A stretch of 14,641 bases of DNA from Octopus sinensis (Eukaryota), in contig NW_021825736.1 of assembly GCF_006345805.1 (NCBI RefSeq), positions 1 through 14,641 on the forward strand, written 5' to 3'. Position 1 is the first letter of the stretch, and the number at the start of each line of letters is the position of its first letter. This document shows, in pieces, positions 1 to 8,854 of the stretch. The notes under the pieces are model-generated. The model was given only the letters and a program-made list of their open reading frames with translations, was not told where the DNA came from and searched no databases. The position numbers and the translations under genes were made by a program.

Positions 1-124
1 ACTTAGACGAATTGAACTCAGCTGGTTTTAGGAATGTTACCTTGGGCAGAGAAAAAAAAGTGTTGATGTTTACCACGACCGCTGCCAGAGCCAAAACGCC
101 AGTAGTCGGCCAGTCAGTCACGTG

Positions 125-300
125 TGAAGAGAAGAGAGAGGAAAAGAGGGGGAGAGGAATTAAGGAGTGGGAGAAGAGAGAAAAAGAGGAATAAGGAAAT
201 AAGGAGGAGAAGGAGAGAGAGAGCGAGAAAAATAGACAGGGACAAAGTGAAGTGCAAAGTAAGAAAAGCAAGGAATTGTAGGAGAGTGGGGGGAGAGAGA
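125..300. repeat. Purine-rich (GA-rich) low-complexity tract
   Basis: Almost exclusively A/G (gagagaggaaaagagggggagagg...). Explains the R/K/E-rich and L/F/S-rich ORFs 124..420 and 114..485. Confidence 0.85.
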
Positions 301-373
301 CAGTGTTGTAGAGTCGTACCAAGTTTAGAGAAATGTGTACTTACATATAAGAGAATAAAGGGTACGTACGTCG

Positions 374-376
<3 letters not shown>

Positions 377-418
<42 letters not shown>

Positions 419-438
419 AATATGTATATATATATATA
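377..438. repeat. (TA)n microsatellite
   Basis: Direct tandem TA repeat with few interruptions. Confidence 0.95.
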
Positions 439-475
439 AATACAAAATGGAACAAGAACTTCCACAACTGCAAAT

Positions 476-1135
476 TCTGTAGCATCAGCTTTCACCACCA
501 ATGATGACCTTCGAATAAAGGTCCGGATCAACTTTCAACCGTTCTTTTAATTCACGGCACGCATCGTGACTGATTTTGATCTTCCGTAAGCAAGCGATGC
601 ACAAATTTTGCTGCAACTCTTCATTTGCAATTTCTCACTCAAAATTCGTTGGCAGGAGCTCCAGGACACACCAATCATATCAACAGGTTCGTCAATTGTT
701 CAGGGACGGTCCTCCGAGAGCAGATCATGAATTTTCACGATGTTTTCCTTTGTAAACTCAGTCGACGGTGGCCCTGAACAAGGTTGGTTCTCGAGCAATA
801 TGTGACCATTGATTAAGCGTGTCAGCCATTCGTAAACTTGCGTTTTGCTCATGGAAGCGTCCCTGTAATCTGTTTGAAGCATGACAACTGTTTCGGCCGC
901 CGTTTTGCCGGCAGGAAACAAACATTCACGGAAGCATGCTTGTTCCTTCGTTTCAGCCATCCGAAATCGATGATGAGGGGAGAGGCACTGCAAAACAAAG
1001 ACGCACCATGTGACAGCCCAATGAAAGACAGAGTCACCGATATTTGCATAAAGTGGCTTCCGTGTCGGAAACCCGAAATACAACGGGCTTCTTCCACAGA
1101 GAACGTTTCCAGTGACTTTTGGGTACCCTCTCGTG
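476..1135 (-). mobile_element. Mariner (Tc1/mariner) DNA transposon relic, 3'-truncated, transposase pseudogene
   Basis: Minus strand from ATG at 960: MAETKEQ...GKTAAETVVMLQTDYRDASMSKTQVYEWLTRLING...ENQPCSGPPST...ENIVKIHDLLSEDR* matches the mariner HTH N-terminus. After a stop and frameshifts: RVAAKFVHRLLTEDQ and CRELKERLKVDPDLYSKVIIGGES*CY (decayed 'ITGDE(S/T)W' first catalytic-Asp motif). Candidate 5' terminal inverted repeat at 1107-1135 (minus: cacgagagggtacccaaaagtcactggaa). No matching 3' TIR seen. Confidence 0.9.
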
Positions 1136-1452
1136 CAGTGTACATAATATTCATCAATACGTGAATGAAACGTTGCTCATCCTTACATCGTTTAATTGAA
1201 TACAGTTGGACATTACAAGTAACGAATTCCTAATTATGTAAATCACACAAATCTATTTAGCAAACCCAAGCTATATATTGAATATAAATGACTTTCCTCT
1301 ATAGATCCATCCGTAAGCAAGTTGGGTGCATGAACATTCAATTTGAAGTTAGCATCAGTCGCACCAATCTCTATTTTTCAAAAAAAGATGAAAAGACTTT
1401 GATTACTCTATTTTACGTTTTACGTATTTTCGAATCCAGTGATATGGCATTC

Positions 1453-1838
1453 GTGGAGGCGCAATGGCCCAGTGGTTAGGGTAGCGGACTCGCGGTCATA
1501 GGATCGCGGTTTCGATTCCCAGACCGGGCGTTGTGAGTGTTTATTGAGCGAAAACACCTAAAGCTCCACGAGGCTCCGGCAGGGGATGGTGGTGATCCCT
1601 GCTGTACTCTTTCACCACAACTTTCTCTCACTCTTACTTCCTGTTTCTGTTGTACCTGTATTTCAAAGGGCCGGCCTTGTCACTCTCTGTGCACGCTGAA
1701 TATCCCCGAGAACTACGTTAGGGTACACGTGGTCTGTGGAGTGCTCAGCCACTTATACGTTAATTTCACGAGCAGGCTGTTCCGTTGATTCGGATCAACC
1801 GGAACCCTCGTCGTCGTAACCGACGGAGTGCTTCCACT
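1453..1838 (+). mobile_element. Full-length tRNA-derived SINE (octopus-type, family 1) with 14-bp TSD
   Basis: tRNA-like head with A box tggcccagtgg (1465-1475) and B box ggtttcgattccc (1508-1520). Flanked by exact direct repeat gtgatatggcattc at 1439-1452 and 1839-1852. Family assignment is by recollection only. Confidence 0.92.
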
Positions 1839-2160
1839 GTGATATGGCATTCATTTCTAAAGACTCTACTATTTATCATTGGAAATATCTCTCTAAATAT
1901 TTCAGATTTTGCACGATTAGCTGCTTATAGCATCATTGTTGCACATACAAACGTGTCCACATATGTATATATATATATATATATGTAGACACTTAGCTAC
2001 TTCTACACACGTACTTAAATGCACGCGCTCATTCATTCATATATGTAAATATATAATTTTACCTATATGGTGCTTTCTCCTTGCTGGATACTAATATTAT
2101 TTCCATGTATATATATCTATATGTATAGCTATCTATAATATTGTATATATCTGAAATAAA

Positions 2161-2241
2161 TTGGGCAGTGTCTTCTACAATAGCGTCGGGCCGACCAAAG
2201 CCTTGTGAATGGATTGATTAACGGAAGGAAGTCCGTCGTAT
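2161..2241 (+). mobile_element. SINE family 2 internal fragment
   Basis: ttgggcagtgtcttctacaatagcgtcgggccgaccaaagccttgtgaatggatt... is homologous to the reverse complement of ~2465-2545 and ends in TA repeats. Confidence 0.75.
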
Positions 2242-2257
2242 ATACATATATATATTT

Positions 2258-2630
2258 AATCCTTTACTTGTTTCAGTCATTTAACTGCGGTCATGCTGGA
2301 TCACCGCCTTTAGTCGAACATATCGACCCCAGGACTTGTAAGCCTAGTTCTTATTCTATCGTTTTCTTTCGTTGAACCGTTGATTTACAGGGACGTAAAC
2401 ACACCAAGCGATGGTGGGGACGGACAATCACACACACACACAAATACACAGACACGCACACATATACAACAGGCTTCTTTCAGTTTCCATCTATCAAACC
2501 CACTCACAAAGCTGTTGTCGGCTCGTGGGTATGGTAACCGACAGTTGCCGAAGGTCCCATGCAGTGGAACTGAACCTGGAACCATGTGGTTGGGAATCAA
2601 GCTTCTTACCACACAACCACACATGCGCCT
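2258..2630 (-). mobile_element. Near full-length tRNA-derived SINE (family 2) with internal CA microsatellite
   Basis: Minus head aggcgcatgtgtggttgtgtggtaagaagc...ccaggttcagttccactgc (A/B-box-like), internal (TG)n, and 3' part ...ggcggtgatccagcatgaccgcagttaaatgactgaaacaagtaaagg. The 3' half matches the + copy at 2908-3100. Confidence 0.85.
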
Positions 2631-2640
2631 ATATATATAT

Positions 2641-2689
<49 letters not shown>

Positions 2690-2715
2690 TATATATATTA
2701 TATATATATATGTAT
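2629..2715. repeat. (TA)n microsatellite
   Basis: Direct tandem repeat. Confidence 0.95.
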
Positions 2716-2907
2716 ACACACGCATTGATGCCTGAGAACTCTATTGTTTATCATTGGAAATATCACTCTGAATATTCAGATTTTGCATATATATATATAA
2801 GAATCTTGCAAACCAAATCCCAAAACGAAATATATATATAGTGTGTATATATATATATATATATATAAAGAGAGAGAGATTTGTGTGTGTGTGGGTGTGT
2901 AAGTGCA

Positions 2908-3100
2908 TTTGTTCCCCCAGCATCACTTGACAACCGATGTTTGTGTGTTTACGTCCCCAAAACTTAGCGGTTCGTCAAAAAAGATCGATGCAATAAGTAC
3001 CAAGCTTGCAAAGAATAAGCTGTGGGGTCGATTTCTTCGACTAAAAGGCGGTGCTCCAACATGGCCGCAGTCAAACGACTGAAATAAATAAAAGAATAAA
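2908..3100 (+). mobile_element. SINE family 2, 3' half
   Basis: tttgttcccccagcatcacttgacaaccgatg...ttcgactaaaaggcggtgctccaacatggccgcagtcaaacgactgaaataaataaaag. Inverted homolog of ~2262-2420. Confidence 0.85.
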
Positions 3101-3359
3101 AATGAAAGAATTTATATATGAGTGTGTGTGTTTGTGTGTGCATTTATGTATGTATGTATGTATGTATATACATATACGTACTTCTATATACATACACACA
3201 CGGTCACAGACACACACATGCTCGTAGGCGTATGAACAGACAAACACGCATGCATAAATAGAAAATTCTGAAATAAAGGAACAAATATCCATTAATGAAA
3301 ATCTATTAACATATTCCCGTAAAATTTTAGCAAGAATCTCTCTATAAATTTATTTCATG

Positions 3360-3361
<2 letters not shown>

Positions 3362-3424
<63 letters not shown>
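3362..3424. repeat. (TTA)n microsatellite
   Basis: Perfect trinucleotide tandem repeat. Confidence 0.97.
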
Positions 3425-3425
<1 letters not shown>

Positions 3426-3720
3426 CATTTAAACATTGTATTTCTGTATTGATTAATTTGTATGTTTATGTTTTATTGATTGAATAATAATTATAATGTC
3501 TTTGTTTTTGTATTACCATTTTGCCCAGCGTAATGTTTTTGAAAGTAATGCTGCTATAATATTCCATGTGGCTTGCTGTTTCCTGTTGGTCTAAAGTATC
3601 ACCTTTCGAAATATGTGAATCTTAGAAACAATTCTCATTAGTATACAGATGCACATACATACATATATACAAACATACATACCTATGAATACGCACGCAC
3701 AAAAGTACGCATGTGTACAT

Positions 3721-3735
3721 ACATATATATATATA

Positions 3736-3813
<78 letters not shown>
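3721..3813. repeat. (TA)n microsatellite
   Basis: Direct tandem repeat. Confidence 0.97.
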
Positions 3814-3824
<11 letters not shown>

Positions 3825-4067
3825 TTTATAATAATAAGGGTGAAAAATTGAATATTAATTTGATTAATATCAATTTAAAACCAGTGGTCTAGCATATTGA
3901 AAAATCTGAAGATTCAGAAAAATTATATTACATATATATAAGGTGGGATGACCACTAAGTGGACATCCATTATGCTAAAGTAGACCCCCTATGGCTTTAC
4001 CACTAAGAAAGGATTGTTCTCAAGAAAATTTAGCAAGGGCCAGAACTTAGATGTCATTCTTCTTATA

Positions 4068-4116
<49 letters not shown>

Positions 4117-4168
4117 ATATATAATTACTATTTGTAAATATCTCAACAGTACGCTAGAGTAAAGATGA

Positions 4169-4319
4169 TTTGCCAACATAACATGGTAGTTCTGGTTTAG
4201 GACGATTGCTGCTGTAATTTAGCCCCCGGGAGAAATCATCTCCAGCTGGCTATACGACACGATCTGTGTCCTTATACAGCATTCGTCCTAAACCAGGACT
4301 GCTATGTTATGTTGGCAAA
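4169..4319. mobile_element. MITE-like foldback element with 43-bp terminal inverted repeats
   Basis: 4169-4211 tttgccaacataacatggtagttctggtttaggacgattgctg vs reverse complement of 4277-4319 tttgccaacataacatagcagtcctggtttaggacgaatgctg (39/43 identical), with a 65-nt spacer. The inverted repeat is certain; the MITE call is inference and no TSD was identified. Confidence 0.6.
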
Positions 4320-4327
4320 CCCTCTTC

Positions 4328-4344
4328 ACACACACACACACACA

Positions 4345-4420
<76 letters not shown>

Positions 4421-4428
4421 ATGTATGT
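4328..4428. repeat. Compound microsatellite (CA)n(CT)n(TA)n(TG)n(TATG)n
   Basis: Adjacent dinucleotide runs seen directly. Confidence 0.95.
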
Positions 4429-4835
4429 ATGCAGAGCAAATTCCGGCTGTGGGGGAGTGAGAAGGTTTCGTGCATGTCCGACTCCAGATACTTCGGTCAA
4501 ATCTTTATTGGTGAGCTAGCAGCTGGTGAACTTGCTTACGTGGTGGACAAAAGAGGAGATACAAGGACACTCTCAAGACAGCCATTTAAAATGTGTAATT
4601 TAGAGCAGTGTACTTAGAACATCTTACTCAGCATTATTCATTGTGGAGTATCGCTCTCTATTCTTGAGTACAGCACTCAGAATCCCACGTAGTTAGAGAA
4701 GCTAAAGAGAGGGAGGCTGCACGGAAAACAAGAGATCCACCGGTCTCTGATCCTGTTACAACGCGCTCCTACTATGAACATAGATTCCATACTAAAACTG
4801 GCCTCATAAGCCACGTGAGGACCCACAAAGTGTTA
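4429..4835 (+). mobile_element. RTE/BovB-like LINE, 3' end of ORF (pseudogene)
   Basis: MQSKFRLWG...MSDSRYFGQIFIGELAAG, then frameshift to GGQKRRYKDTLKTA (RTE-clade post-RT motif 'RMxDxRxPKQxxYGELxxGxRxxGGQxKRYKDTLK'). Terminal decayed C2H2 finger YYEHRFHTKTGLISHVRTHK at ~4770-4829. Confidence 0.85.
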
Positions 4836-5179
4836 AGTTTATATTCTGGACATTTTGCGTGACATGAAAGAAGAACCTTCATTTCTATACCCGCACATAT
4901 AGAGTTTAGGATGACAAAGACTTCCAAGGGGACAAGTCATTGTCAACTGTTTTCTTGTAAAATTTAACTTACATACAACATATGCCCCTATTTTAGAAAC
5001 AACTGTTATTTTTATTATTTCGAGACTTATCAAATGTTTCCATTATTATAAAATAATCCAAACAAGGTGTTTGGTTTTCTGTAACTGTAGCTTTTAAATA
5101 AATAAAATCAATTTGAGAAGCAGAAAATGGCATAATTCACCACATATTCCCGACATGACGAAAAGATTTGCAGTGATTA

Positions 5180-5277
5180 CCCCCCCCCCCAAATAAAAAA
5201 AACAAAAAAAACAAACCAAAACAAAACAAAACAAAGAACGCCCCGAGAAAAAAAAACAAAAAAAAGGAAACAAAAGT
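5180..5277. repeat. Poly-C followed by A-rich low-complexity tract
   Basis: A C run followed by a long (A3-7C)n-like tract. Confidence 0.8.
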
Positions 5278-5289
5278 TTTCATTAAAAA

Positions 5290-5730
5290 CCACTAATCGG
5301 ATTTAAGTAATGGGTATCTTGTTGAAAAAGAAGAATGCTACTGCTGTCTTGTATTTTTATAAAACAGAAATCGATTTATGAAGTGTCGAAGTAAATATCG
5401 ATCATATTTTCAATTGCTTATCAAATGATATCTTTAATAAAGAGCAATCGATAAATGTTGGTTGATATAAATGACGATGAATATTTGCCATATTTCAAGC
5501 CTACTTATAATTCCAGAGACCTTCAAAACCTGAAATCTTCTCTTTTTAATATCTTAGTGTGTTGATGTAGAGACACTATAAAATAATGTCATATCTATTT
5601 CTGCAATTCTACTTATTTCAAATAAATATTTTTAATCTGCCACAAAAAAATTTTCTAATCAATCGTATTTATTTCCGAAACGGAATCATGGAATTAGATG
5701 AAAAAATTGCTTTCCAAAATTTGATTAAAG
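5290..5730 (+). repeat. Unclassified duplicated segment, copy 1 (paralog of 12790-13258)
   Basis: Colinear anchors with the 12.8-13.3 kb segment at offsets 7503-7528 (see findings). Confidence 0.8.
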
Positions 5731-5737
5731 TTTAACT

Positions 5738-5882
5738 GTACATACATATATACATACATACATACATACATACATACATACATACATACATGCATGCATA
5801 CATACATACATACATACATACATACATACATACATACATGCATACAATACCATACACATACATACATACATACATACATACA
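5738..5882. repeat. (TACA)n microsatellite
   Basis: Tandem tetranucleotide with tgca interruptions. Confidence 0.97.
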
Positions 5883-6085
5883 TGGAGTAAATTATGTGGA
5901 TAAACAAATTAAATATATTAAATGTAATAGCTTGGGTATCAAATGCAATATATATATATATATATATATATGTATAAATGCAAAACGAGAGAAAGCAAAA
6001 AGTGGAGACTTTCAGACGATGAATATTTGAGCATAAATATATAGTTATTTATATAATAGATTTAACTTACATAGAGTCCAAATGT

Positions 6086-6181
6086 CAGTGTGTGAGTGTG
6101 TGAGTCTGTGTGTGTGTGTGTGTTTGTGTGTGTGTATGTGTGTTTGTGTGTGTGTGTGTTGGTGTGTGTGTGTGTGTGTGT
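6086..6181. repeat. (TG)n microsatellite
   Basis: Imperfect TG repeat. Confidence 0.95.
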
Positions 6182-6195
6182 ACTTGTTTGTAGTC

Positions 6196-6435
6196 GAGAT
6201 GCGCAGCTCAGTGGTTCGGGTATTGACTCGTGATCATAAGATTGTGATTTCGCTTTCTGGACCGGGTGGTGCATTGTGTTCTGAAGCATAACACTTAATT
6301 TTGCGTTGCTCCAGTCCTCTCACCTGGCAAAAGTGAGCATTTCTACGATGGACCAGAGTACCGTCAAGGGGTAGCATATACGCCAGAGAATCCGGGAAAC
6401 AGACCCCATGAGCATATGGGAGACGGAAAGGAGCT
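6196..6435 (+). mobile_element. Diverged tRNA-derived SINE (family 3)
   Basis: A-box-like gcagctcagtggtt and degenerate B box gtgatttcgctttc, then ...cattgtgttctgaagcataacacttaattttgcgttgctccagtcc..., typical of a SINE core region. The 3' boundary is approximate. Confidence 0.65.
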
Positions 6436-6502
6436 TTGTATATGCACGTATATCATTGTATCCACCAAATGTTGTCTGGTTGATACAATAATCAGACAAC
6501 TA

Positions 6503-6545
6503 CACATACATACATACATACATGCATACATACATACATGCATAC

Positions 6546-6576
<31 letters not shown>

Positions 6577-6681
6577 CATACATACATACATACATACATA
6601 CATACACGCATGCATACATACATACATACATACATACATACATACATACATACATACATACACGCATGCATACATACATAC
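6503..6681. repeat. (TACA)n microsatellite
   Basis: Long tandem tetranucleotide abutting the 5' end of the LINE relic. Confidence 0.97.
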
Positions 6682-8005
6682 AGAGGCTGATGGAAAGAAG
6701 GGAGTGTGGGGATGTGCAGAACAACTGTACTGCCTGAAGTAAGAAAACAATGTAGAAATCGTGTGACAGTATGGCTTGACTATAAGAAGGCATTCAACTC
6801 TATTTCACATTCATACCTGTTGAAGCGCCTACATCTTTCAAAAGTACCTACTACCTTAATTGCTGCTACAGAGAGACTCACAAAGACATGGTCAACAATT
6901 CTTACCCTTACAACTGAGAATAGAATAATTGTTTTTGATAGTATAGGCATTTCAAAGGGTAATATTCCAGAGAGATAGTCTGTTTGTACTTATTTTCATT
7001 TTGGCACTGAATCTATTATCGTTTCTACAGGAGAAAACAAATGGTTCCATACTAGGATCTTCAGCAGCTAGAAATATGAATATCACTCAATTTCTTCGTA
7101 GATGTCCTGAAAATTTATGCTAAACGTGTTAGCAATGCCAAAAAAAAAAAAGCCAGAAAAAAAATGCCTGAAATTAATAACAACATTTTAAGCTGATATA
7201 GGCACGGTGTTTGACCAAAAGAAATGTTCATATTTGGTTATAGAACGAAGAAAGTTAGTCCCTCACACCCAAAACCTGTGCATCAACAGTCTCTCTATCT
7301 CCCCCATTCCACACAAAGAATGCTACACGTACCTAGGCATAGATGAAAATGTATCATATGAAGGTATGTGAACAAAAATAGAGTGATCCGACAACAATAC
7401 ACCGAACTTAGGAAAATATGGCAGTCAGAACTCTCCTCTTACAACAAAACAATATCCCACAATGCATTTGCAGTACCAGTGCTGATCCCAACATTTAGGA
7501 TACTTGATTGGTCTGTAGAGGAAATCCACACCATAGATATAATCTGCAAAATCCTGACAACATCTGGGAACTTTCACAGAAACAGTAATGTTGACAGTCT
7601 ATACCTAAGAAGAAATGACGGTGGTAGAGGCCTGAGATCAATGCAGACGGCCTTCGAATGCCGTATGGTGTCACTCAGGCTAAACAACAGCAGCGAAAAT
7701 AAATATATTAATGCAGTGCTGAAAAGTGAAGAGAGCAACAATGTTCGAGTTGGCAGTGAGCTCCCCAAGAAAAAAAAATCTCTTTCTCATGATCTCCTAT
7801 ATTGCCCTAAAACAGCTGGGCTCTCTTACCTCAGAGAAGACTTGGATGGAAAGCACACAGCATACAAAACAAGAGTTTGCATGGGCATGTTGCCGGAAAC
7901 TGGAAGAAGACAGTAGAATTGACACGAAGCGCAGTCTCTCTTGGACACAAGACTACTACATCACATCACACTTTGAGGGCCATGCGTTTGCAATGACCCA
8001 AGGCA
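6682..8005 (+). mobile_element. R4/Dong-like (RLE-type) non-LTR retrotransposon, RT and thumb region, pseudogene
   Basis: Across frameshifts: GKKGVWGCAEQL; VRKQCRNRVTVWLDYKKAFNSISHS (RT 'DxxKAFDS'); KG(I)FQRDSL.VLIFILALN ('QGDxLS'); FFVDVLKIYA (decayed YxDD); YTYLGIDEN; KIWQSELSSYNKTISHNAFAVPVL; VDSLYLRRNDGGRGLRS ('LYLPRxxGGRGL'); DTKRSLSW...SHFEGHAFA. Many stops and indels. Confidence 0.9.
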
Positions 8006-8009
8006 AATG

Positions 8010-8850
8010 AAACATTGAGAGCCAAGCGGTTTGGCGAACCATTCACGGTTGTGTAGTCAATGCTGAAATGGATGTTGTGGTAGAAGTTGTTGAAGATATC
8101 GTGAATCCTGGTTGCCTCGTCCCTAGGGCAAGTTATGAGAAGAGCATCATCGAGGTTTTCTCGGTATAATGTGATGTGCCATCCTGCATGTAGGGCCTTG
8201 CGTTTCAGGCCATCCAAAGTAAGGGTGTCCAGGATCCCACTGAGTTTCGATCCCTTTGTGGGGGTTGCTGTGTTGTCAGAGCGTGGTGTTTTTGTGCAGG
8301 AAGTAGGTGTCGGCATTGCAGAATTCAAGGATGGGTCTGAGGTTCGTTAGTGAGAAGTTTGCTGCCAGCTTCTAGTCGCTTTCTAACCGTTCCTCAGTAG
8401 TTCGTATGGCATCAGCCGGCCATATACTGGTATACATGGATTGTACATCTTGGCTGAAAGCCTAGTTGCGATCCATGATAGTTTTTAGTAGAAACTTACG
8501 GATAAGTTCGACAAGTTGCCAGTTGCTCTCCAGGTGTGCTGGTATGTGTGCTAGTAGCCGTTTGAGTAGCCATACTAAGAGCCAGCCATTCAATTTTCCA
8601 GAGTGGGGATTTTCTGCTGGCAATGATCGGCCATACTTTGAGTTGCCTCAGGGGACTAGTGTCGCAGTGTTTGTTGATTCGGCAGTAGAACCGTAACATC
8701 CACCTATAGAATAAATCCATAATATTTGGAATGAAAGAATACATAGAATGTCTTTCAATTAACTTTTGAGGTGTTTGTTACAGTATGTAATTTTGCTGCC
8801 GTTGTTTAGCAGTTGCTGCGTGTATATGAAAGGATGAACCGAAGTCAATC
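8010..8850 (-). mobile_element. Penelope-like element reverse transcriptase fragment (pseudogene)
   Basis: Minus strand: RFYCRINKH...LRQLKVWPIIAS ('PxFYGLPKxHK..LRPIVS'); LKRLLAHIPAHLESNWQLVELIRKF; FSQDVQSMYTSI ('SFDVxSLFTNVP'); GSKLSGILDTLTLDGLKRKA ('MGSPLS'); ITLYRENLDDALLIT (decayed RYVDD); IHDIFNNFYHNIHFSIDY. The upstream boundary is approximate. Confidence 0.85.
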
Positions 8851-8854
8851 CACT

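Noticed and set aside
114-485. Hydrophobic 123-aa minus ORF and R/K/E-rich plus ORF
   Set aside because: Products of the GA-rich tract and the TA repeat.
838-1164. 108-aa plus ORF and 102-aa minus ORF over the mariner 5' region
   Set aside because: Antisense or off-frame shadows of the transposon, with no recognisable motif.
1453-1530. tRNA gene
   Set aside because: tRNA-like head with A/B boxes, but no closed acceptor stem, and it continues into a SINE body with TSDs.
3830-4065. Possible unclassified interspersed repeat between TA arrays
   Set aside because: Looks familiar from octopus DNA, but there is no second copy, motif or terminal structure in this window to support a call.
4801-4830. 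C2H2 zinc-finger host gene (octopus ZNF expansion)
   Set aside because: A single decayed finger at the end of an RTE ORF, with no TGEKP-linked array.
5694-6793. ORFs made of MYVC/HTYI/VCVC repeats (also 10241-10798, 13222-14246)
   Set aside because: Translations of (TACA)n, (TG)n and (TA)n microsatellites, which lack stops in some frames.
7368-7916. Longest non-repeat ORF (182 aa) as a host gene
   Set aside because: A frame-preserved piece of the R4-like LINE (GGRGL motif), embedded among frameshifted pieces.
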